A stretch of 64,000 nucleotides of DNA from the NCBI RefSeq assembly GCF_964204645.1, contig NC_134035.1, positions 7,410,451-7,474,450 of the forward strand, written 5' to 3'. The notes under the pieces are model-generated. The model was not told the DNA's origin and searched no databases. It was given only the letters and a program-made list of their open reading frames with translations. Both the position numbers and the translations under genes were made by a program. Below are positions 42,178 through 55,307 of the stretch, in pieces. This stretch comes from Tubulanus polymorphus. Its lineage: Eukaryota; Animalia; Nemertea. Within the stretch, counting starts at the first letter, position 1. Each line of letters starts with the position of its first letter.

Positions 42178-45100
42178 ATGAGTTACAGATGGTCGGTATT
42201 ATTGGTTACTGTTATTACTGTCGTGTTTGGCCAAAATAGGTACGACACCCACAATCTGGAATACACAGCCCCTGCGTACTGGAATCAGTACTCATCTAGA
42301 GGAATCAAATACGAAGGTATTTCTTTCTTATGTCGCTTGGAAAATTATAAGAACAAAATCTTTCAAACTGTTTTCATGTATACAATGAATTATATGTTGT
42401 TTGAATGACAACAATTCTTGGTAAGTTGATACGGAAGCGACGGGGCCATATTTATTGTTATATTTGAAAAATTGAATTCGAAGTATAATTATAAAAAAAC
42501 AGAATAAGAAAACACATTTTCGGGGTTTATTATGAAAAAGTAAGCAACTCGTAAAGAACTTGTAAAAATTATCTTTTAACAAATACATATGTTGATTGTT
42601 CTCGGGTGGTTTAAGAATGTGAATGATAAGCCTCTCGGGGCCTATCAACAAACTTGAAACAAGAAGAATGAAAGAAAAATTTTTAAAAAGGAGTGTATAT
42701 ATTCGCTAAACTTCTTATTTAGGCTAGAAGGATCGATACCTTGTTTTTTCATTTCTGCTGAGTTTATAAAGGTTGACTCGGCCGGCCAGCTATAAACCCT
42801 GTACAACTCATTTTTTCAATTATGATCAAATTAACAATAGCAGACCTTCGAAATGAACTGATATGACTTATATTACAGTTTACAAATTAGGAAAAGGTGA
42901 CATTTTTTGCTTAGCCAATCATTCGTTTTGAATTGCAGGATGGACGTCTGGATTTTTTCACCCGAATCCAAACGGATATTTCAAATCGAACTACTATTCG
43001 TCGTTGGTTGATTATACTTATTCCTCATATTGTAATTGCCGTTGCAACAAGATGGGAACCGTTACAGAATGTAAAAGTCCAACGATGTGGGTACCAGTGT
43101 TTTGCATGGGAAGTTAATTTAAATTCATAGGATAGGACAGGATTGTCCGATCTCGAGAACAAAGTGTCCTCTTAATAAAACAAATGTATCATGTCCTTTC
43201 AGCTCGATAAGGGCAACGCCAGTTACCAATATGACGAACGTGACTTTCAGTCGTTCGCTTAAAAGTCTGTACGTATCTAATCCTGTTTATATTCTATATG
43301 CTAAAAACTATGATAGCAAGAATGAATTTCAAAATCTGTTACTTAAGTGATATCCGAGGAATATGCCGCCCGGTAAGGTTAGGAAGGTAATGCTCATTAG
43401 AGATTTGATACTTTTGTGTTTCAGAAGGGTGCATAAAATACCGACGTTGACAAACATAACGGAGGACACGTTTAACCTAACGAATCTACTTACAGATGTG
43501 TAAGTAGTGAATCTTAATTTATCATCAAAGAATTAGGGCCGATATTGTCGATCTATGAATGAATTCATTTTGCATTTCAAAAAAGAAATGAAAAGATCTG
43601 TGTAGTATTTTACGGGTAATACGTATTGTATATCCGGTTAGAAAGTCCCAGAATTAAATGATTTACACGTTCAACGCATTTCATAGTTTAACTTTCTTGT
43701 GTTATCGGTGGAATTCATAATCTATTTACTAACAACATAAAAAATTATGACATCAGAAACTATATTATCTGATGTTGTATTTTGCTATCATTGTTTCCTT
43801 TTAACTCTGAAAAACGTGTTGAAATTCGATGTCGACTTATTCACCTTTCGTACAGGATTAAAGCATGTTTGGTATCTTTATTTTTCAGTGTTATCTCCGG
43901 CACAGGTATCACGACAATTCCCAATTTCTCAAATACGTCAGCTAAAATAATGTAAGTTTACCTGTGCTAGGTAAATTCAAGTATGTAAATCATCTCAATA
44001 TCATTATAATTTTCCTTATGCGTAATGTTAATGTTCGGTTGAATGAATATTCCGGTGTTTCATTTTTTTTCATCGAAAGAGTTCTTGAAAACAATAAAAT
44101 TCGTTTGACGTCAGATCATGAAATCTATCCGTGGCCGAAAACTCTCGAAGAACTGTAAGTTTCTTTCAATGCCTTCACATCAGAATAATTACCTATGCAT
44201 CATCGCAGTCGTTTAATTGTAGGTAATAGGATTCCCATAGTCTCAAACGTCATAAACTTTTGCAAGCGCTGACCGTCACTTTTTTTTCTTATGATTGATA
44301 TCATTGCTTGAAGATGGTTTGCCCTATCTTTTTATAGATCTTTGATTGGTAACGAACTATTTTGGTTACCACGCGATTTCCTTTCAAATACGAATATCCA
44401 AAGACTGTAAGTACCCCATCGTAAAGCTTTAGATACATTCATTCTCGCGTTCCACGTTCAATCAACCCTCCATAGGCTTGGCACTGAAATGAGCTTTCAT
44501 CGGAGTATGTGACCGAATACGATATTCCCTCGTACCTGCATGTGCTGATGTATTCATTTATGTGAAATGTATCAAAGTTGAAAACTTGACAGTAGACTGA
44601 TTATGTTATTCGTCAGTTCGTAGATTAAATGAAAGCCACGATATTTGACGGATTCGTTGTCGGACAGTTTCGGGATTTTTCTAAACCCCGTGTCCAGAGA
44701 ATAAATGATTGTTTCTTTGAAGATTGGATTTATGAAATTGGGAGAATATAAATAGATACATGAATGGAAGTTTTTTCCTAAGTTCCTAACATTATTCTAA
44801 TTTCCTATTCAGCGGTCTTGCGAGAAATAAGATATTGGCTTTTCCAGTCATCAGAAACGCGCCTAAGCTTTGGTTTTTGTGAGTAGATATCCACGTCATC
44901 GTTATGCACATTACCGGTCTCAATTAGGCATTTTTGATAGCTTGGTTTACCGGGAACACCGCCGACATTTATCATTAGATAAAAACTAAAGTAATTATTT
45001 TCTATTTACGTATTCCCATCCGTGGTAACGAATTCGTAGAAAAAGAAATGAGCAAAGAATAATTTCATTTTATTCATCTTTAGAAGGAATTTTTTTAAAA

Positions 45101-48100
45101 TTTTTGTACCCTCCTTCAAAATGGTGTTTCATTAGGTATACCCCACAAACCAAGCTATTACAAAAGGCACTACGTATTTCCAGCTCAAAAAGACGGTTGA
45201 AACGAGATATAATACCATGAAAACACTCAAATAGAATATGCATACGTATGGTAGATAACATACAAAAAGGGAAGAGCACATCGGGCAATTCGAGTGGAAA
45301 CCCATTGGTCCAAAGATATATCATACGCGGTAACCTTTTCCTGAGAATTTTGTAATATAGTTTTCTTTCCTACAGAAATATTGAAGATAATCAAATATCC
45401 CATATTTCACGGCATCATATTGAGCATCTGATGGATGACAAGAGTCGATTGATGCATTTGTGAGTAGATACGTGGATCATGCGCAATACAAATTATGCAG
45501 CGATATTACCCGATTTCGTTTTTCAATAGCTGCGTTTACTCTTTTATTATATATTCCTTGAAGGAATCTGAGTAAAAATGCAATAGAATACATCCAACCC
45601 GGAATATTGAAACATATGAAATACCTGAAAATACTGTAAGTATTGACTAAAGTTTGGAGAAGAATATATTGCAGTTTCTTAGATACAAGTGCCCAGGAAG
45701 TAATCCGTATTTCCAAATAATCAGTAAATAATTTGCTTAATTGTCAACTACGTGCGTATTTGATTCTATCTTTTGTTAGTTCATTTGTACATATTTAACT
45801 AACGAATCGTGTCTTTTGTTAAGGACTAATACGATTCATTTTTTCCTAATTCAAATAGTGAACTTCAATACAACAAAATGTCCACACTACCCGAGGGAGT
45901 TATCGAAGGCTTACCAGAAGTTTTCCATTTGTAAGTACACACGATGCTTGGATTTAAACACAATAGAAATTCAATTAACAAAACATGAACAGTTTTTTTT
46001 GTGACAACCAGATTAAAGTAATATTCAGTAATCCGCTGCCGTAGGCGAGGCGCCGATCTTTATTTCTCAATATATCTATATTTTCAGAGATTTAAACGGA
46101 AATAAATTGAAAATATTAAAGCGACATGCTCTCACGAATTGCCCTAAGCTTTATCGACTGTTTTTGGGACGACAGGATCCACCAATGAAAGCTATTCATA
46201 TCGACGCATTCTATAACATAGGCGAATTAACAGATTTGTGAGTCGTCTGTTTATCCTTTTCTGGGTTTGTTTGCACACGTTTTGTATCCTTGGGAAAGGT
46301 TCAATGACCAACTGCATCCATTGCCGATTCAGTCATTACAACGTGTCATAGGCCCTCTCTGGCCTCTGCCAAGAAACGCCGAAACTGCGAATTATGCTCT
46401 TACCGTTCTTCGAGGATTAAAAAACCCGTTTGTATGCGTAGGCCTACATCAATTGTACGATAGTTGGTATTGTAAGCGTCCTGAGGACATAAGAGATTTT
46501 CCGAATTTCCTCCACAGTATATGCGTGTACAATTATCCATTTTCCACCACACCACATTTTTGCGACTTTCAAATAAAAAAAAACACTAAGATTATTTCTG
46601 GATATAGCACTGGTGTCAATTTACATTTAAGCGTGATTCTAAACTTTGGATTCTTTTTTTTAGAATTTTATCACAGAACGCACTTGTGTCGTTCCCTCAC
46701 GTTGTGCTATCGCGACAGAACTATACCAATTTGAAGTTTATGTAAGTGTCTCCAATCATGCAAAGATAGATTAACCACAAAATCACTATGTACAGCTTGG
46801 TATCTTTCTCAATGGTACATGTTTTCTTGAATTTAGATTACTGAAATTCGTGTTCTTGATGGCTCCCCTGATTTTTTAAATGAAGCATCAATTCGAATCA
46901 GGATATTCATGCATTGCATTATTTACAGCCATCTTGATGACAATAAGATCTCCGATTATACGAGTTATGGACCCGAATCATTCACGGGCTCGATGGGAAT
47001 GGCCTATATTTTCAGTCGGGCGAAATGGGAAATGTGGAAAACTACTCCAAATATCGAAGACATGTAAGTTTCTTGGTAATCACTTAATCATCTTTCAAAT
47101 AACTCTTTGAAATGGTTCCCTAAGAATTCCCTTTCAAGAACCATCTGATGATGTTAAGGAGTTTTATAGGGGCTCTTAAAGAACCCCACAGAGATAGGTT
47201 CTTTAAACTTCGAGGAACCTTTCCCTCAGAGCTAAGCCTAAGAAACCTCGATGGTTCTACGGTAGAACCCAGTGACCGAATCGATAGTCGAAACCGGCCA
47301 AGCCCATACGCCGTTTTCTGGAATATCAAACGAGAAACAAGAACCATGGTTTCGGGAATAACATGTTTGTTGCCGTGTTTTCGTGTGTCCGTGTTATTCC
47401 CTGTGTCGTTTGCGAATGGCTCGAACGCACAAAACGGGGAAACGCCGGTAACATGTTTCTGTCTTCTGTTTCCTTGTTTCCATGTGTCACGTGCGGTAGG
47501 TTTTATTAGCCAGTGGCCTTAGATGTCTTGGCATCAAGTTGTACAACGAGCCGTAAACGTTTCTCATGAGAAAAACTTGGATTGCAGTTATTATCCTTGA
47601 TTTGATTTTAGATGGCTGACAAGAAACGCGATTGACGCCGTTAAGCCGTCCGACTTTTGTGCGCTAAAACAACTGAAGATGTTAGACTTGAGATTCAACA
47701 ACCTGAATACCCAAGAACGTCTGCCAAATGATGCGTTTCAGTGTCTCACGACTTTGAAAATTCTGTACGTGCTCCAGTTCAAACATGATTATAGGCTAAT
47801 ATATAATAGAACATTACTTACATGCGTGACACAATATGAACTAATAATGATTATTAAAAGTGGACAGCTCCGATGAATAGGAAATAATAGTGGTGATGGC
47901 CTTTAGGAAATACAGGTTTTTACCTTAGAAGACAACCCCCTTAAGAGCCAGTTCCACTCAAAGAATGTCTCATCTAGGCCCGGTTCCAGAGTTCGTGATT
48001 AAGATTTGACCCCACAGTTAAAACCTTGAATATGCAAAATGCAAAAAATTCTGTAAACTCGACCGCCGATCACACAACTATACTTCGATTTCCGATTTCA

Positions 48101-49447
48101 ATATCAAACCCCCTGTTTCGCTTCCGGCAGGTGTGGTGGGTCTGTAAGGGACACTCAATTGAAAAATCAAATGAAATTAATAACCAAATAGATAACAGGG
48201 ACAATCCCTATTTTAAGATAAAAAAACCATGAATATGAATATGAATATGAATATACGGTCACACGTCGACAGAACTGGACCCAGAACGGCTATTGTAATA
48301 GATAGAAATCATTATTTCGATGGTTTAAATTCAAATATTGGCTAGAGAATAAGCAACCTTTGAACCTTCCCTCTTGACGTTAGTGGATCTCAAGGTATTG
48401 CGAATGTCGTTTTTCAGGCGGTTGGCGGGAAATGAACTTCTGGATGTCTTTCCCGGGTTGAAAAACGCATCAAACCTTCGAGCGATTGAAATTCTACATT
48501 TGGATGATAACCGACTGACCTTCATCGAGAGGGGATCATTCACCGAACACGTGAATTTGAGAGAAATGTAATTTTTATCAAACTATTTTCACTAAATGAT
48601 TGTTATTCCAAATTGAAAAATTGTTCTTTATAAATTCTTGTTGATCAGCTACCACTGTTTGACCATCAGCTTTTATACAACAACACTAGCCTACTTGCTT
48701 TATGACTTTATCTCTACAAATATCAGCGACCAATAATTTCTTTACGAAAAGGAATTGTAAATGCAAAAGAATTAAATCTCTTCTTGGCTATTCTCCTTTA
48801 TAACTAAATTACTTTATATTTCTTAGTGCATTAAATGGAAACGATATCGTTGTGATGGAAGACCAGTCATTTCCAAATTCCACTGTAAATCTGTAAGTTT
48901 CCCCCTTTCATTCCAACGTATCAAACCCAGTGAATTTGGTTATCTCAGACCCTTCCTTTAGAGTCCAGTGTGGGCCTTCTAACTTCAAAACTCTTGTCCA
49001 ACGTTTTATTTCACCATATGTTCCAATTTCTTTTACATCTCATTGTAAATAGCTCCGTAAACGATATATGTATAAAGGCTCTGAAGAGATCACATCTAAA
49101 CAGTTTCTAGCTAACCTGGTTTCGATGAGGCCACGAAGGCCATGTCTCACTACATAAACGACTGGAGTACGTGACAGTGAAAGAATGTGCACTCAGTGTT
49201 TATGCAGCTCCTTGTTACACTATCTCATCAGCTACTGTATACCGATGAACTACGACTATATTCGTAGTTTCTAGATGAAAATTAAAGTTTCATGTGTATA
49301 TTTCAGGTTTGCTAACAATAACCGATTCCGTTTTACGCAGCCAGACGTGTTCCGATATCTCAACTCATTGGCAGTTCTTTTCCTTCATCAAAATGACATC
49401 GAATACGTTCCCGATCAAGCATTCGAGAAATGTTCATTCTCGCGACT
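42178..49447 (+). CDS. Leucine-rich-repeat extracellular/receptor protein, 5' partial (at least 576 aa; remainder presumably beyond the Polinton)
   Basis: Signal-peptide-like start MSYRWSVLLVTVITVVFG. GT-AG exons: 42178-42316, 42939-43086, 43203-43268, 43425-43499, 43889-43951, 44080-44154, 44338-44406, 44813-44878, 45376-45459, 45859-45930, 46088-46237, 46664-46741, 46929-47063, 47612-47764, 48418-48567, 48827-48892, 49307-49447. After exon 2 all introns are phase 2 and most exons carry 1-2 LxxLxLxxNxI repeats (e.g. LKMLDLRFNNL, IEILHLDDNRL, LAVLFLHQNDI). No stop is reached. Confidence 0.85.
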
Positions 49448-49823
49448 GTACGTAAACTGCTTTCATTTCTCAAAACCATTGACCTAGACAAATTGCTGGT
49501 AACCCGAAAGACCTCACAAGAAAGGCTGGATCCAAGAACATGTCTATCGCACTTTTGAGCTCAAACGGCCACTTTTACTAAGTAGCCACTTAAGAACAAT
49601 AAGCAATTAACAATACCGGCTACTTTTCCAGTAGTATACATTTCAAAACAGTCACTCTGAAATAGTCTACCTTTCAATTCAGTTGGTTTTCTATAGTAAC
49701 TGTTTGAAAGAGTCTACTACTGAAATGTGACCGTTTAAAAACACCTGGTTCTGATAATCCACGCTAGCAGTTAAGGTGACTTAATCACCGAATTATACAC
49801 AGCGACTTTGTGATAGTAACTCC

Positions 49824-50030
49824 AGTAATAGGGGTAATGGGCTTTCATACCAAAGGTCGAAAGGTCGAGCCCGAGAAATTTTCCAAAATGTTAAAATAAC
49901 AACAATTTCTACTTGAATTAGTCGCGTACACTCCTAATTCAAGTAGAAATTATTATTATTTTAACATTTGGAAAATTTATCAACCTCAACCTTTCGACCT
50001 TTGATATGAAAGCCCATTACCCCTATTACT
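49824..50030. repeat. Terminal 207-bp fold-back palindrome of the Polinton
   Basis: Arms 49824-49921 and 49934-50030 (8 mismatches, 1 indel), with a 12-nt loop TCGCGTACACTC. Confidence 0.92.
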
Positions 50031-50031
50031 C

Positions 50032-50067
50032 TTAAATGTTATTCATATATATATGAATAACATTTAA
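50032..50067. repeat. Perfect 36-bp palindrome upstream of pPolB
   Basis: TTAAATGTTATTCATATA|TATATGAATAACATTTAA. Confidence 0.9.
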
Positions 50068-50114
50068 ATCATTGAACTTCTAAAATCAATTTTAATAAAA
50101 AATATAGTATTAAA

Positions 50115-53100
50115 ATGGAAGCAAATAAGTACTACTGCCCAACATGTAATATCGATATAGATAAATCCCAAAAAGCAAGACACAATAAAACTAGAACACA
50201 TTTAGAGAATAAATTGAAATTAGAATATGAAGATGATATATTAGAAAATAAATTAGAAGAATTAAAGGATGAAAAAGAAACATACAAATGTGATACATGT
50301 AATCAATCATTCAGTGATAAAAGATATTATAAAGAACATTTAAAATCTATAAGTCATATTAGAAATAAGAATAATGATATTTTAGGTGAAGATTATTTTG
50401 ATAATGATAACGATAAGAAACAGAAGACAATTAAAAGAATAAAAAATAAATTAAACAATAAAAGACCATATATGGAAGATGTAAGAAATTATATTAATTC
50501 ATTAGATAATAAAAAAGATATAGAGATAACCGAAGCATTTAAAAGTGATATTGGTCCAGCAGCTATCGAGTTTAAATTTCATAAAGGTAAAACATTAGAA
50601 GAAAATAAAAAACATTTAGAAAATATGAAAGAAATAATAAAAATAATTACAAACGTAGAATATCCTAAAATAAGTATATCTTCTAAAGTAAAGTTTATAA
50701 AATCTGAAGATAAACCAATATATAATATAAATTCTCATTCACAACATATTATATCTAAACAACATATAGATGATAAATTAGATAAATGTTATAATGAAAT
50801 AAAAACTAAAATAGAAGAGAAATATTTTGAAGGATCTGGTTTAATATTTGATGAGATAATATTTATAACTTTACATGTTTATAACACAAAATATAATAAG
50901 TTAACTAAATCAAAACCAATTGATGAAAATAATTTATCATATTATAAAGAACCCGATATTGAAGCATCAAGTTATATTAAACTACCATTTAAAACTAATG
51001 CTGTAATAAATATACAAAATGAAGATGATAAATGTTTTCTATGGGCTATAATAAGTTGTTTACATCCAACAGAAGATATTACACATAGTTTTAGATTAAC
51101 TCATTATAAACCATTTGAAAATAATTATAAGATAGATAAGTATCCTGTTAGAATTAAAAATATTCCAAAAATAGAAAGAGATAATAATATAAAGATAAAT
51201 GTATTTGATTTAATTAAATTACCAAATACAAAAGGAAATAATATTAAACATTATACATTAGAACCTTTATACCTATCAAAAGATTATGATTCAAATGATG
51301 TTATAGATATACTATATTATGAAAATCATTACATGTGGATTAAACAAATCGATTTATTTTTCAAATCAGAAAATGATCACCATAAAATATATCTATGTAG
51401 AAAATGTTTACATAGATTCAGTAATGAAAGTACATTATTAAATCATAAACAACTATGTGATAATCATGATTATTGTAAATTAGTTTTACCAAATGAAAAG
51501 GATAAAATATTAGAATTCAAAAAATATGATTACAAAAATAAAGTACCATTTGTAATATATGGAGATTTTGAATCATTAAATAAAGAATTAACAGATAAAG
51601 ATAGAAAAGATATATATTATAAAAGAAAGAAATTAAATTCTAATGAAAGTGATTATTCAGAAGACCCACCAAAAACAAATACAATTAAAAAGATTCATCA
51701 ATCAGCTGCAGCTTTCGGGTTATATATTAAATCTAATTATCCAGAACTAATCGAAAGTGAATATTATAATTATAGAAATGAAAATGTTATCAATCATTTT
51801 TGTGACTTATTAATTGAATATGAAATAAGATTTAGTAAATTATTGAATACAAATATAGAAATTATTATGACAGAAGAAGATAAAGAAGAATTTGAGTTTG
51901 CAGATAAATGTTATTATTGTGAAAAGATATTTAATTATAAAGATAAAAAAGTAAGAGATCATGATCATTTGAATGGAAAGTTTAGAGGCGCTGCACATGA
52001 GAATTGTAACTTACAAGCTAAGAAAATTAACTTTGTACCAGTTATATTTCATAATCTATCAGGATATGATGCACATTTATTTATCAAACAGCTATGTTAT
52101 AAAATAGAAGAAATCAATAATGAAATAGAAATATTAAATTCAAATAGATCAAAAGATAAAATACCAACTTATAAATTTAGAATGTTAGCTAAAACATCTG
52201 AGAATTATATATCATTCCAATTTGGTTGTTTAAGATTTATAGATTCATATAGATTTTTAAATAGTTCATTAGATAACTTATCAAAATCATTAGTTAATGA
52301 TGAATTAAAGATATTAAAAGAATATTACCCAAATAATGATGATTTTCAATTAATGAGATATAAAGGCGCAATTCCATATTCTTTCTATAAAAATCATAAT
52401 GATTTTAACATAACTGAATTATTAAAAGAACAATTCTATGACGAATTAAAAAAATGAATATGTTAAAGATGAAGTTTATAATAGAACATTGAATATTTGG
52501 AATCATTTTGAAATTAAAAATCATGGACAATTAGTAGATTTATATTTAAAATCAGATGTATTATTATTAACCGATATATTCGAAAGGTTTAGAGATGTAA
52601 ACCTAAAATATTTTAACATTGATCCTTGTCATTGTTATTCATCACCAGGATTAACATGGGATTGTGGATTAAAATTTACAGATATAAAAATGGATTTGTT
52701 AACAAATATAGATCAATTACTATTATTTGAAAAATCTATAAGAGGAGGTGTTTCAGGTGTATTGGGTGATAGATATTTCAATGTAAATGATAATCCTGGA
52801 TATAAATTATTATACATAGATGCAAATAATCTTTATGGTTGGGCAATGATGGAACCACAACCTTATGGGATGTTTGAAATAACTGAAGTTTTACAAATTG
52901 ATAAATTTGATTGGAAGAAAAGAATCCTAGATATTGCAGATGATTCAGATACTGGTTACTTCTTTGTTGTAGATTTAGAATACCCTGAAAATATTAAATT
53001 CAAATCTAGAAATCTAGCATATTGTCCCGAACATAAAACTGTTAAACATGAAGAATTATCAAATTATCAAAAAAGAATTAAACCCGATAATCATATTCAT

Positions 53101-54144
53101 ACTGAAAAGTTAATGGTGACTCAAGAAGATAAATATAATTATGTAGTACATTATAGAATGTTGAAGTTTTATTTGAATCAAGGAATGATTCTAAAAAAAG
53201 TACATAGATATATTTCATTCAGTCAATCTAAATGGTTAGAAAAATATATAGATTTTAATACTACACAGAGAACTAAATCTAAAACTGATTTTGAAAAAGA
53301 TTTCTTCAAACTAATGAATAATGCATTCTATGGTAAGACTTGTGAAAATATTAGAAATAGAAATGATATTGAGTTAGTTAGTAATGGTAAAAGAATTAGA
53401 CATTTACAATCGTATCCGAAATTCATAGGTAATAGAATATTCGATGAAAATTTAGCAGCAGTTAAATTAAAAAGAACTTCTATGAAGTTCAATAAACCTA
53501 TTTATGTTGGAGCATCGGTTTTAGAAATTTCAAAATTACTAATGTATAAATTTTACTATAACATATTACAACCCCATTTTGGAGAAAAACACATAGAAAT
53601 TCTATACTTTGATACCGACAGTTACATATTAAAGATAAAAACTGATAACATAACAGATGATTTAAAAACATTAAAACACCATTTTGATTTTAGTAATTAT
53701 CCTAAAAATCATGAATTGTTTAGCAATGATAATAAAAAAGTTCCTGGGAAGTTTAAGGATGAATTAGGTGGTGAAGAAATGATAGAGTTCATTGGTATTA
53801 GATCTAAAATGTATTCATATAAAACCAAAACTCATGAAGCTAAAAAGTTAAAAGGAATAACCAAAAGCGTTGTTGAAAAGAATATTCATTTCAAAGATTA
53901 CATCAATTGTATATTTAATGAAGAAGTTAGAAAACATAAAATGAAATGTTTAAGATCTGAAGATCATGAAATGTATATTGAAGAGATAGAGAAGATAAGT
54001 TTGAATCCATTTGATGATAAAAGATATATTTTAGATGATGGAATCCACACAGTCGCCTATGGTTGCAATTTAGATGAATATATAAAATTCAAAAGAGAAG
54101 AAACAAAAGAAAATGAGATTATGAAAAGGATTCTAACGTGTTAA
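50115..54144 (+). CDS. Protein-primed family B DNA polymerase (pPolB) with N-terminal C2H2 Zn fingers and an endonuclease VII-like insertion; split by one frameshift
   Basis: Exonuclease motifs YGDFES, HNLSGYD and FIDS; polymerase motifs YIDANNLYG, KLMNNAFYGK, YFDTDS and KMY. EndoVII-like CYYC...VRDHDHLNGKFRGAAHENCN. ORFs 50115-52457 and 52489-54144 join if one A is removed from the A7 run at 52448-52454. Confidence 0.93.
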
Positions 54145-54152
54145 TAAATTTC

Positions 54153-54175
54153 AATAAAAATTTGTATAATAAATG
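54153..54175 (+). promoter_or_regulatory. Putative intermediate-type promoter AATAAAAA-N-TAAATG (representative)
   Basis: AATAAAAA starts 20-21 nt before the ATG at 50094, 54153 and 61208; variant AATAAGAAAA at 54510. Confidence 0.6.
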
Positions 54176-54514
54176 GAGAGTAAACAAGTACACAGTGAAT
54201 TCTTAGATAGAATTAAAGATACTTCAAGCGTTAAATCTGTAGATTATAAATTCAAAAAGTTAACAGAATTAACAATTCACAAGAAATATTTAATTACTAA
54301 CATTGAAACAATTACTAATAAATATGGAGATAAATTAGTAATTCATTTAGAATATGAAGGATTAAAAGGAAATATATATAAATTCAGAACTTATTTACCA
54401 GATAGATTTCATAGATTATCAAGTGAAGATCTAGAAGAATTATGTTCTGGAGATTTCTATTTCGTATATAAAGGTAAGAATGAAAAAGGGCACCACGATA
54501 TTGATTTCGAATAA
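54173..54514 (+). CDS. Small Polinton protein, putative OB-fold ssDNA-binding protein
   Basis: 113-aa ORF right after pPolB; FKKLTEL...NKYGDKLVIHL...YLPDRF resembles small beta-rich proteins that I recall adjacent to pPolB in invertebrate Polintons. Function is inferred. Confidence 0.55.
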   Translation: MESKQVHSEFLDRIKDTSSVKSVDYKFKKLTELTIHKKYLITNIETITNKYGDKLVIHLEYEGLKGNIYKFRTYLPDRFHRLSSEDLEELCSGDFYFVYKGKNEKGHHDIDFE

Positions 54515-54531
54515 GAAAATATGTAAAATAA

Positions 54532-55290
54532 ATGGCGGAATTAAAAGAATACAGAATATTTGTAGATTCTAGAAAACTTACAAATTATAAATCTCATAAT
54601 TTACTAATACAATTAGATAGAGAATTCAAGAATTGTGTTGATTTAAAATTAGTAAATATAAGTTTATGTAATTCTTTTTACAATATATCGAATAAAACTA
54701 TTGAACATAATACTTTTTTAATTCATATTAGAAATATAAATAAATGGTTTCATCTATTTCTAAGACCAGGATTATATAATTTAGAAACATTATCTCAAGA
54801 AATTAATCGTAGAGCACGGTTGAAAATTAGAAAAGATGATAAATTTTTAATAAGATTTATAAAAAGTGATAGCTCAAATAGAATTAAAATAAAGGTATTT
54901 GATGAAAGTCAACATGCATTTATGGTAAAAAAACCTATAGCTAAATTGCTAGGAATTGAACCAGATGTTGTTACAGTAAACGTAGAAGGTATTTCAAATA
55001 TAATACCTTTTACACATTTTTATATTTATTGCAATTTAATTGACCCAACAAAAACATTTGAAGCAACTAACGATACAACATGTAATTCTAGTATATTAAA
55101 TATTTTACCATTAAAAAATGTTAAAGAATTTGGAACGCAAATAAATTATAATTTAACAGAATGTGATTTCAAACCATGCATTCCTCGTTTTAATAATTTT
55201 AGATTAGAAATTAGAAATCATAATGGATACTTAATTGATTTGAATAACTTTCCTGTAATTTATGAATTAGTTATAAGATGTAAAGAGTAA
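54532..55290 (+). CDS. Minor capsid protein (penton, single jelly roll)
   Basis: IFVDSR...SFYNIS...PGLYNLETL...FYIYCNLID...ILNILP...LEIRNHNGYLIDLNNFPVIYEL pattern typical of Polinton/virophage pentons; 252 aa, intact. Confidence 0.8.
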   Translation: MAELKEYRIFVDSRKLTNYKSHNLLIQLDREFKNCVDLKLVNISLCNSFYNISNKTIEHNTFLIHIRNINKWFHLFLRPGLYNLETLSQEINRRARLKIRKDDKFLIRFIKSDSSNRIKIKVFDESQHAFMVKKPIAKLLGIEPDVVTVNVEGISNIIPFTHFYIYCNLIDPTKTFEATNDTTCNSSILNILPLKNVKEFGTQINYNLTECDFKPCIPRFNNFRLEIRNHNGYLIDLNNFPVIYELVIRCKE

Positions 55291-55307
55291 TTTTTTTCAC
55301 TATATAA

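Noticed and set aside
52441-52460. Programmed ribosomal frameshift in pPolB
   Set aside because: It needs a +1 shift in an A7 run inside the exonuclease region, with no evident stimulatory structure; mutation or a homopolymer assembly error is more likely.
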